From positions 248,001 through 312,000 of IMG/VR virus record IMGVR_UViG_3300035698_035310: a stretch of DNA of 64,000 nucleotides; one strand, written 5' to 3'. This document shows, in pieces, positions 37,009 to 45,378 of the stretch; the stretch's first letter is position 1; each line of letters starts with the position of its first letter. Under the pieces are notes generated by a model. That model was not told the DNA's origin. It was given only the letters and a program-made list of their open reading frames with translations, and did not search any database. The position numbers were made by a program, and so were the translations under genes.

Positions 37009-38730
37009 ATGGCTAATGAATTTATAGTACAAAACGGATTGATAGTTGGACGGGCGAGTGGGGCGAATATAACAGTCGTGCCAGACGTGGATGGCAGTGG
37101 GTCAGTTATATTCGATGATCGTTCTGGTGGTGTAATAGGCGATGTTAATTATAATCATACAACAGACATTTTAAGTTTGGATGTTAATGGAATATCACAA
37201 ATAGCCATTTCTGCAACTGGTGTTACAGTTAGTGGTGATTTAAGTGTTACAGGAACAACCACAACAACCGACGTATTAAATTTGGTCGTAACTGATAATA
37301 TCATCACCATAAATGATGGCGAAGTTGGTGCTGGTGTTGCTAACGGTGTTGGTTATGCAGGGATAGATGTTGATCGCGGAACATTAGATAATTCAGGTTG
37401 GTATTATAGCGAACCGAATAATTGGTGGGGGCCAGCGGGGCCAGAAGGAACATATGGCGCTGGTATAGGAGCAACACAAACCCTTGGTAATATAGCAGCA
37501 ATCGATGCAACCGATTCAACTGATCAAATTCTAACAATCGTTTCAAATGCGGCGGTTATTCTCCCTCTTGGTAGTACCGCACAGCGACCTACTGGTGCGG
37601 AGGGTATGTTACGACAAAATTCAGATACAAACACACCAGAAATATATGATGGAACTAATTGGTCGCAAATGATAGCAACTACATCGGGAACAGCAATAGC
37701 TATAACCGGTGATATAGACATGATTAATACGCATAGCTTATTAAATCCTATTGATCCAACAACTGATTCTGAAGTTGGTGATCGCGGTTATACCGATGGA
37801 AGATATTTGCAAATAGATAATAATTTAAGTGATTTAACTAATGTAACACGAGCAAGACTTAATTTAGGTCTTACCGCTAGTGTATTAGATGCTGTTGGAC
37901 GTGATGGTGATACTATGTATGGGTCGTTAACGGTGGGTGATACCAGCGACGTAGAAGTAGTAGCCACAACTATAGCAGTTGCAGGAACTGGTTATGTATC
38001 AGAAGAATTAGTTACAATCGTAGGCGGAACATTTTCGAATGCATTAGTAGTAAAAGTGTTAACGGTTGGCGGTAGTGGTGAAATATTAACATATTCACGA
38101 TTTTTGAAAGGTATATATACCGTAGGGCCGGGTTCTCCAGCAGCAACAACCTCGAGTGGTTCTGGTGTAAATGCTACATTTAACCTTACTGTAACAGCAT
38201 CCGATGTAAGTATATTACCAGACGAAGATTATGCAACTGCGGTTGAGCCACGTGATATAGGTAAAACTAACGGCGAAGATGGATATGCTGGCGCTAATTT
38301 AAGATTTAGAACAGTTAATGCAGAAACATTTAGAGGTGTTGCAACATCAGCGTTGTATGCCGATTTGGCTGAAAGATATGAAGCTGATGATTTATATGAC
38401 GAAGGAACGGTAGTTGTATTTGGCGGTGACAAAGAAATAACAGTAACAGGATTGAGATTTGATACCAGAGTGGCAGGTGTTATATCTATCAAGCCTGCAT
38501 ATAGAATGAATGAAGGTGCAGGCACAGACGAAACACACCCATTCGTTGCACTTAAAGGAAAAGTGCCATGTAAAATTATTGGTGTGGTTAAAAAAGGTGA
38601 TTTATTGACAACATCACATAAACAAGGGTATGCTATAAGTAACTCCAATGCTTTACCCTATACTGCATTCGCAAGGGCGCTGGAAGATTCAGATGGTTCA
38701 AACGATATAATCTACGTAAGTATAATATAA
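37009..38730 (+). CDS. tail fibre protein with C-terminal chaperone-like domain
   Basis: ADLAERY.AD..Y..GTVV.FGG.KEIT...VAGVIS..PAY.MN...VAL.G.VPCK..G...KGDLL. Confidence 0.8.
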   Translation: MANEFIVQNGLIVGRASGANITVVPDVDGSGSVIFDDRSGGVIGDVNYNHTTDILSLDVNGISQIAISATGVTVSGDLSVTGTTTTTDVLNLVVTDNIITINDGEVGAGVANGVGYAGIDVDRGTLDNSGWYYSEPNNWWGPAGPEGTYGAGIGATQTLGNIAAIDATDSTDQILTIVSNAAVILPLGSTAQRPTGAEGMLRQNSDTNTPEIYDGTNWSQMIATTSGTAIAITGDIDMINTHSLLNPIDPTTDSEVGDRGYTDGRYLQIDNNLSDLTNVTRARLNLGLTASVLDAVGRDGDTMYGSLTVGDTSDVEVVATTIAVAGTGYVSEELVTIVGGTFSNALVVKVLTVGGSGEILTYSRFLKGIYTVGPGSPAATTSSGSGVNATFNLTVTASDVSILPDEDYATAVEPRDIGKTNGEDGYAGANLRFRTVNAETFRGVATSALYADLAERYEADDLYDEGTVVVFGGDKEITVTGLRFDTRVAGVISIKPAYRMNEGAGTDETHPFVALKGKVPCKIIGVVKKGDLLTTSHKQGYAISNSNALPYTAFARALEDSDGSNDIIYVSII

Positions 38731-38742
38731 GGAAATAATGTA

Positions 38743-39405
38743 ATGAGTTTTAATAATAGACCAGATAGACCTATAGAATCATCCATTTACCTACGATTGG
38801 TAACTGAAGGCGAAATGAGAAAAAACACAATAAAATCATTTTACTCTACTGTTAAAGAAAACGCACCGGAAAATGTATTAAGTCATTACGATGTTCAAGA
38901 CCCTGATGGAAATCCTGCTACAACGTTGTTATTACATCGCGTTAATGAAGACAATAAGCATGAATACGAAATACCATTGGTTAGAAACCTTACACCAGAT
39001 GAAATATACGAAGTAGCATTAAATCTTAACACTAAATTAAATGAAGGTGATTTTTTATTAGAATCGAGTTCATTTGACGATGATTGCTGCCTTACGGAAG
39101 ATGATGATCCATCTGAATATATGGAAGCAGACGTTTTTGAACGATTTGCAGAGAAATTATCTGAGCGCATGCATAATGTATGGTATAAAGAACGCGAAGA
39201 TGCTGGCTGGAGATTTGGTACACAGCGCCTCGAAGAAGAAAAAACACACCCATTAATGAAACCATGGAATCAATTAACCGAAGAAGATAAACAAATAGAC
39301 TATTCATTGCCTGAATTTTTTATTGATTTGTTAGAAGAATTTGGGTATGCAGTTGTAAGTCATGATGAATTAGATGGATTTTCAGAAGAAATATCTAAAA
39401 AATAA
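38743..39405 (+). CDS. RyR-domain protein
   Basis: E..H..W...R...GW.FG......KTHP.M.PW..L.E.DK..D. Confidence 0.8.
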   Translation: MSFNNRPDRPIESSIYLRLVTEGEMRKNTIKSFYSTVKENAPENVLSHYDVQDPDGNPATTLLLHRVNEDNKHEYEIPLVRNLTPDEIYEVALNLNTKLNEGDFLLESSSFDDDCCLTEDDDPSEYMEADVFERFAEKLSERMHNVWYKEREDAGWRFGTQRLEEEKTHPLMKPWNQLTEEDKQIDYSLPEFFIDLLEEFGYAVVSHDELDGFSEEISKK

Positions 39406-39467
39406 CTTTGCATTAAATGTAATATCATGTTATAATGTTTGCTTAATAATATTATAAGGATTCCATT

Positions 39468-39722
39468 ATGGTAACTGAAAACTATCCCACTGTCCCATTA
39501 GCAAAGTTTGATGGTCGACCAATTGGGAAGGCTGGATATAAAGAACCGGTATTCAAAAGAAATATATTTCAAAATAGATTTATTGATGTGATTGTCACAG
39601 TCTATTCAGGCGAGATACAGCACCCAACATCGGGTCATGTATTGGTTCCAGTTATGTTTGGCGAAATGAATGTCATACGATATTTAGATAAAACACAACT
39701 GGATTATACTATTGCTAATTGA
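39468..39722 (+). CDS. hypothetical protein
   Basis: Promoter and AAGGA SD. Confidence 0.6.
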   Translation: MVTENYPTVPLAKFDGRPIGKAGYKEPVFKRNIFQNRFIDVIVTVYSGEIQHPTSGHVLVPVMFGEMNVIRYLDKTQLDYTIAN

Positions 39723-40497
39723 TCCACTTACCAAATATTCCAACGACGAACAAGATAAAATAATTGAGGTGGCAAAACGGCATCACGCTCATACGTATCA
39801 TCGTGGAACTAACTTTGATTTATATAAAGAATATGATGCACCATATTGGGGTGACGGCGAATGTGAACACGGGAGTTGTAAACATTGTAAATATAATACC
39901 ATTGATGAAATACGTTCTAAAATGGTGTATGAAAATCATTATGACGACAACGAAGAACGATGTTATGAATATTCAGATGGAGCATTTTATGAATGGTTTA
40001 ACTCTATTATAACCAATGATGAAAAAATATGGATTGAAAATATAGATAAACCATTTGAAAAAGCAATTGTTTTTTATGACAATGAGGAATATTGGGAGAA
40101 GATTTACGACGATTATGTCGATTTAACATTGCTGAAATGGTTAAATGATAAAAATATAACGTATCATATCATAAAAGGATTGCTTGACTTTTCTGTAAAT
40201 CTGTATTATAAAAAAGAATCCATTTGGGATGATCATATAAGAGAATATAGACTTAGATTTGGTGACGCGACAACTATCGACTATATGTACGCAATATCAC
40301 ATTTAGGTTGGTATAGAATATCAATATATGATATGGCAATAAATGATGATGATATCAATGATGCTATAGAATGGATAGATGAAAATCACACCGGTATTGT
40401 TCTTAAATATTCCAACGTTGATGGTTATAGTAGCAATGATTATTTGTTTGAAAATGATGAAGATATAATGGGTTTAAAATTAAGATGGATGGAGTAA
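39712..40497 (+). CDS. hypothetical protein, F....D....KLRW family
   Basis: C-terminal FENDEDIMGLKLRW. Confidence 0.65.
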   Translation: MLIDPLTKYSNDEQDKIIEVAKRHHAHTYHRGTNFDLYKEYDAPYWGDGECEHGSCKHCKYNTIDEIRSKMVYENHYDDNEERCYEYSDGAFYEWFNSIITNDEKIWIENIDKPFEKAIVFYDNEEYWEKIYDDYVDLTLLKWLNDKNITYHIIKGLLDFSVNLYYKKESIWDDHIREYRLRFGDATTIDYMYAISHLGWYRISIYDMAINDDDINDAIEWIDENHTGIVLKYSNVDGYSSNDYLFENDEDIMGLKLRWME

Positions 40498-40501
40498 TAA
40501 A

Positions 40502-41353
40502 ATGTATAACACAAGAATAGCGCCATCACCAACGGGTGATATGCACCTTGGTACTGCTAGAACCGCTTATCATAATTTTTTGATGGCAAGGGCGTCCGGT
40601 GGAAAATTTATATTGCGCATCGACGATACTGATGCTGCACGCAGTAAACAGTCGCACGTCGACGTCATCCTTGAAACTATGGATTGGTTGGGTTTAGACT
40701 ACGACGAAATCGTTTATCAAAGTGATAGAAATGATCGTTATATGGAAGTAATCAAACAGATGGATGCAGATGATCTTGTTTGCGAGTTAGACAATGGTGC
40801 ATTTGGCACATTCATCGAAAGGGTTCCTGATGAATGGACAGATGAAATTGCTGGTGATATTATAGTGTCAGAGACCGATAGTGATATTAGTTCTAGTCTT
40901 ATATTAATGAAAAGTGATGGAACTCCTACTTATCATTTTGCATCAGTAATAGATGATATGGATTTCAATATTAATTATATTATCAGAGGACACGATCATA
41001 TATCTAATACACCAAAGCAACTCAATATTATGAACAACCTTGGTATGGTCATACCTAAGTTCGCACACGTGGGTCTTATTCACAAAGACGGTAAGAAATT
41101 ATCTAAACGTGACGGCGCAGCAAGTATGTTGCACTATCGCGATCAAGGATATGACCCTGATGCAATGCTCAATTTTTTATTGAATCTTGGGTGGGCACCA
41201 ACAAATCAAGGCAAGCAACATAAAATAATAGATCGTGATTTTGCTCTAGAGATTTTTATCAATGGTGGAAAATTGCGCAATCAATCAGCAAATATGGATT
41301 TAGCATTACTAGATTCATACAATAAAAAGTATAAGTATATCAAGAGGAAATAA
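40502..41353 (+). CDS. glutamyl-tRNA synthetase catalytic domain only (GluRS/GluQ-RS-like)
   Basis: RIAPSPTG.MHLG, RIDDTD, YQS.R, PTYHFA..IDD, RG.DH..NT, KLSKR; no anticodon-binding domain. Confidence 0.88.
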   Translation: MYNTRIAPSPTGDMHLGTARTAYHNFLMARASGGKFILRIDDTDAARSKQSHVDVILETMDWLGLDYDEIVYQSDRNDRYMEVIKQMDADDLVCELDNGAFGTFIERVPDEWTDEIAGDIIVSETDSDISSSLILMKSDGTPTYHFASVIDDMDFNINYIIRGHDHISNTPKQLNIMNNLGMVIPKFAHVGLIHKDGKKLSKRDGAASMLHYRDQGYDPDAMLNFLLNLGWAPTNQGKQHKIIDRDFALEIFINGGKLRNQSANMDLALLDSYNKKYKYIKRK

Positions 41354-41354
41354 A

Positions 41355-42191
41355 ATGAAGTACGATTTAGGTTCAGATTTACACGTAGATATTAATGCGG
41401 GTCGCATTGGTATGGTTAGATTTAAAGAAATGAAAAACGCAGGTAGTGATACTATAGTATTGGCAGGTGATATATCAAATGATCCAGAACTCACTGTTAA
41501 AGTATTAGCGATGGCGGCATCGGCATATGAAAATGTAATATTTGTGGATGGAAATCACGAACATTATAGTAACGGAAAATATGGGTTAGACGTTTCTGGT
41601 GCTATGGGATTCTTCAAAGAAGCAATAGATTTAATACCAAATGTCACATATTTATCTGGCGACAATAACGTTATTATTGACGACACGATGTTCGTTGGGG
41701 CTAATGCTTGGTATGATTTTAGAATGGCACCACCACAATACACGCCTGAAAAATGCAAAGAAGCATGGGAAACAAGCCTAAATGATTTTAGATTATCTAA
41801 TTTTGACGTAGAGCCAGAAGTATTGGCGGGTATTCAGTCTGCATTGATTGCGGATCAAGTATCCAAAGCGCAAGATAATGACGATGTTAAAAAAATAGTA
41901 GTTGTTACCCACACCGTGCCGAACACTAAAGGATTATTAGTTAAAAATAATCCATCGTGGGATATATTAAATGGCTGTTTTGGAAATTCAACGATGTCAA
42001 ACGTATGGCAAGTTGATACAAATCGCAAAATTATTCACGCAGTTTGTGGACATACACATTATCCAAATGATTTTGTCGACAACGATGGTATAAGATTTGT
42101 AATAAATCCAAGAGGTTATCATGGTGCTGAAAACGAACTTGGTGATAGATGGTTTTTAGTTCAAATGGATACATCAGACGAACGTATATAA
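41355..42191 (+). CDS. metallophosphoesterase
   Basis: SDLH, AGD, GNHEHY, THTVP, GHTH, NPRGY. Confidence 0.88.
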   Translation: MKYDLGSDLHVDINAGRIGMVRFKEMKNAGSDTIVLAGDISNDPELTVKVLAMAASAYENVIFVDGNHEHYSNGKYGLDVSGAMGFFKEAIDLIPNVTYLSGDNNVIIDDTMFVGANAWYDFRMAPPQYTPEKCKEAWETSLNDFRLSNFDVEPEVLAGIQSALIADQVSKAQDNDDVKKIVVVTHTVPNTKGLLVKNNPSWDILNGCFGNSTMSNVWQVDTNRKIIHAVCGHTHYPNDFVDNDGIRFVINPRGYHGAENELGDRWFLVQMDTSDERI

Positions 42192-42266
42192 AATAAAATA
42201 AACCGGTTGGATACAGTTCTAACCGGTTTTATTTTGATAAATACCTTTACATAAAGAGGTTTCATA

Positions 42267-43916
42267 ATGACAAAATATTACATGGGTGTATCCGCTTATC
42301 ATCACGATAGTGCTGCCGCGCTAATAGATGAACACGGAAACATTATTTGCGTTAGCCAAGAAGAACGTAGAACACTTATAAAGAATGACAAATCGTGGCC
42401 TGAAGAAAGTATTAATTTTTGTTTACGTCATGCAAAATCGCAACAGTTAGATACATCCGATATCACTTATGGATTTTATGAAAAACCATGGATTAAATTT
42501 ACACGTAGATTTTGTCAAAATCCTAAAGACACCGTTCGATATTTCAAAGAAGCATATAATACTACGAAAAAAATAAAAGGTTATAAAACCATAATGCATC
42601 ACGATGCTCATGCATTGGCTGGATGTGCAACATCGCCATTTGATAATTGTGTATATTTAATAGTTGATGCAGTGGGTGAATGGGAGACGACAACTTGGGG
42701 AACATTTAATAAAATCGATGGTATAAAAAAAGAAGGGTCTATTAGATATCCGCACAGTATAGGATTAATGTATTCATCATTTACGAGATGGTTGGGATTA
42801 AAACCAAACGAAGATGAATATATTGTAATGGGTGCGGCGGCTTTCGGTAAACCACGATTTGCTAATAAAATAAGAAAAGATTTTTTATCAGAAGTAACAG
42901 CATCGCCACATGGAATAGAATTTAAAAAAGGAGTTCATAACGGTATAGAGCAATACTACGGCGACGAAGTTCCCGTAAAAGATTGGTATGATTGGTGTGC
43001 GAGCATCCAGTATGTATGCGAACAAATGATGATAGATTTGGTTAGAATGTTAGAGCAACAATACGGCAAAGGTCATAATTTGGTATTAGGCGGCGGTGTA
43101 GCACTTAATTGTGTGGCAAATTCTAAAATAATGAAATCAACGCATGTGAAAGAATTATGGATATTACCAAGCCCCGGTGATAGTGGAAACGCGCTAGGGG
43201 CTGCTGCGCACGCCGCTGGCATCAATGATTTAGTTTGGGATAGTCCTTACCTTGGAATGGACATGGATAACGACAGTAACCCAACACAGGAACTAATACG
43301 CAACGTTGTAGCAAGATTGGATAATGGTGAAATTATAGGTTGGATACAAGGCAAAGAAGAATTTGGTCCGCGCTCTTTGGGTCATCGTTCATTGCTTGCC
43401 GATCCAAGATCATCGAAAATTAAAAATAAAATAAATTTAATAAAAAATCGACAAACATTTAGACCTTTCGCACCGTCTGTGTTAGAAGAAGAAACATATA
43501 TGTATTTTGACTTACCAAATGGCACAACAAGTAGATACATGCAATTTACAGCAAGAGTAAAAAATCCAAATATGTTACCTGCAATATGTCATATTGATGG
43601 AACCACCAGAGTTCAAACCGTACCTAAATCAACCGATCCATTTAGACGATTGCTTGAGCATTGGAAAGAAACCACTGGTTGTGCAGCATTGTTGAACACC
43701 AGTCTTAATATCAAAGGTCAACCATTAATGAGTAATCGAAAAGATGCTATTCAAATGTTATTAGATACACCAATGGATGCATTGGTTATAGGCAATAGAT
43801 TGTACTATAAAATAACAAAAGATGGATTAAGCGATGAACCCGGCGAAACGGTTCAAATAGCAGAATGTATAGATTACAGCCAAGGCGTTGATGACATGAT
43901 TAAAGGTCGTTTCTAA
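42267..43916 (+). CDS. carbamoyltransferase (NodU/CmcH family)
   Basis: HDSAAAL, QEER, HH.AHA, D.VGE, GGVALNC.AN, EFGPR.LG.RS.LA, FRPFAP, H.DG..R.QT, LLNTS.N. Confidence 0.93.
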   Translation: MTKYYMGVSAYHHDSAAALIDEHGNIICVSQEERRTLIKNDKSWPEESINFCLRHAKSQQLDTSDITYGFYEKPWIKFTRRFCQNPKDTVRYFKEAYNTTKKIKGYKTIMHHDAHALAGCATSPFDNCVYLIVDAVGEWETTTWGTFNKIDGIKKEGSIRYPHSIGLMYSSFTRWLGLKPNEDEYIVMGAAAFGKPRFANKIRKDFLSEVTASPHGIEFKKGVHNGIEQYYGDEVPVKDWYDWCASIQYVCEQMMIDLVRMLEQQYGKGHNLVLGGGVALNCVANSKIMKSTHVKELWILPSPGDSGNALGAAAHAAGINDLVWDSPYLGMDMDNDSNPTQELIRNVVARLDNGEIIGWIQGKEEFGPRSLGHRSLLADPRSSKIKNKINLIKNRQTFRPFAPSVLEEETYMYFDLPNGTTSRYMQFTARVKNPNMLPAICHIDGTTRVQTVPKSTDPFRRLLEHWKETTGCAALLNTSLNIKGQPLMSNRKDAIQMLLDTPMDALVIGNRLYYKITKDGLSDEPGETVQIAECIDYSQGVDDMIKGRF

Positions 43917-44938
43917 TGCACCCATATATGTTTGTTTTAAAACTTGCGACACTTAAAAAAATGGCTGATAAAAAAACGGTGTTGCGCGGTGCAGCGGTAG
44001 ATGGATGCATCAATTTATTTGAAGGTTTTCAATTAGCGTTTGATAAAAAACGAGTATTTCATGTTAAAAGTGTGCCATTGATTGAAATAGATGAAACAAT
44101 GTCACAAGATGAAATAACCGAAAATGGAACATACACTTGGGATATGTTTAAGGCGTTGGTTGGTTTATTAGAAAAAAATGATATTGATGAAGAAACGAAA
44201 AAAACGCTATTATATGAAGCGTGTGAACAATCGGGAATATTAGAATGGAATGGATTCTATCGTCCCATACTCATGAAAAATATTAAATGTGGGGTAATGC
44301 CAAAAACAATAAACGCGATATTGGATGAATTCGGCGGAACGGCATTGAAATATAAAATACCAATATGGAAAATACAACGAATACATCAAAATGGATTACA
44401 TGTAGGTGAAAAATATGTAGAACCATTATTAGATGGCAAACGAGCAATCACGATTGTAAATAAAGAATTAAAAATTGCTCAAATGTTTTCTGAAACTGGT
44501 GTATTAATAAAAACCCACAAAATAGATTTGGAACCATTGGCAGAATTGTCATATCAATTTCCAGCAAGTATGGTATTCGATGGTAATATAATCGATAGAA
44601 GTTATGGTGAACTTATGGATAAATCTGGAACCGATTCATATTATGCGATATATGACATTATTCCGTTATCTGATTTTGAAAAAAGTTATTGCCCAATGGC
44701 GCTAACAGATCGAAAAAATACATTAAATGACCTTAACCTCATTCTACGCGAAGAAACGAATGGGCAGATATATGTCCTACCGTCTTTACTGATGGATTTT
44801 TCTGCTGAAAATAAAGAAAAGAAACTAAAAGAAATTTCCGATGAAATAAAAAATGCCGGATTTAAAGCATCAGTTGTCAAAGATAGCAAATCATTCTACA
44901 CTTGTGCACGCGATTTATCATGGTTCAAAACACAATAA
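43916..44938 (+). CDS. ATP-dependent DNA ligase-like protein, apparently degenerate
   Basis: EPLLDGKR (motif I without the catalytic Lys), VFDG, YDI.PL..F, VVKD....Y...R...W.K; no OB domain. Confidence 0.65.
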   Translation: MHPYMFVLKLATLKKMADKKTVLRGAAVDGCINLFEGFQLAFDKKRVFHVKSVPLIEIDETMSQDEITENGTYTWDMFKALVGLLEKNDIDEETKKTLLYEACEQSGILEWNGFYRPILMKNIKCGVMPKTINAILDEFGGTALKYKIPIWKIQRIHQNGLHVGEKYVEPLLDGKRAITIVNKELKIAQMFSETGVLIKTHKIDLEPLAELSYQFPASMVFDGNIIDRSYGELMDKSGTDSYYAIYDIIPLSDFEKSYCPMALTDRKNTLNDLNLILREETNGQIYVLPSLLMDFSAENKEKKLKEISDEIKNAGFKASVVKDSKSFYTCARDLSWFKTQ

Positions 44939-45031
44939 TAAAAAATCTATACTTGGTTATTATTTAAGTTGACTTATAGTTGGCGATTCATTATTATGTA
45001 TCTACATTAATTAACTAGGAGATACAAAATA

Positions 45032-45301
45032 ATGGCTTTAGATTCATTAACACCAGATAACACAACCGCAATTAAACAAACTATTGAAGCAGGCGTTCAA
45101 GTATTGCGCGAAGTGGATACACTAAAAGAAGATATGAAAGTCTATGTAACAAATCTTTCCGAAGAATTGGACATCAAACCGGCAACCGTATCAAAGGCAA
45201 TTCGTCTAGCGCATAAAAACGAGAAAGATGATGCCATCAAACAAGCACAAGAAGAAATGACTGATGTAGAATTGATTCTACACGCTGCTGGAAAAATATA
45301 A
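45032..45301 (+). CDS. small dsDNA-binding protein (T4 DsbA-like)
   Basis: 89-aa helical protein, L.IKP....KAIR.AHK; replication cluster. Confidence 0.55.
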   Translation: MALDSLTPDNTTAIKQTIEAGVQVLREVDTLKEDMKVYVTNLSEELDIKPATVSKAIRLAHKNEKDDAIKQAQEEMTDVELILHAAGKI

Positions 45302-45306
45302 TAATC

Positions 45307-45368
45307 AGTGTTGGTTAGACACTTTAACTGTAACCAAAACTTTAAAGTCACTCGGGACATAAACCGAG
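45307..45368 (+). promoter_or_regulatory. putative translational operator of the DNA polymerase gene
   Basis: Potential pseudoknot 45307-45335 and a 5-bp/8-nt-loop hairpin CTCGG-GACATAAA-CCGAG abutting the SD. Confidence 0.5.
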
Positions 45369-45378
45369 AAGGATAAGA

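Noticed and set aside
32465-38730. Diversity-generating retroelement or invertible tail-fibre cassette
   Set aside because: The repeats are degenerate protein-level fibre repeats; no reverse transcriptase, TR/VR pair or invertase is seen.
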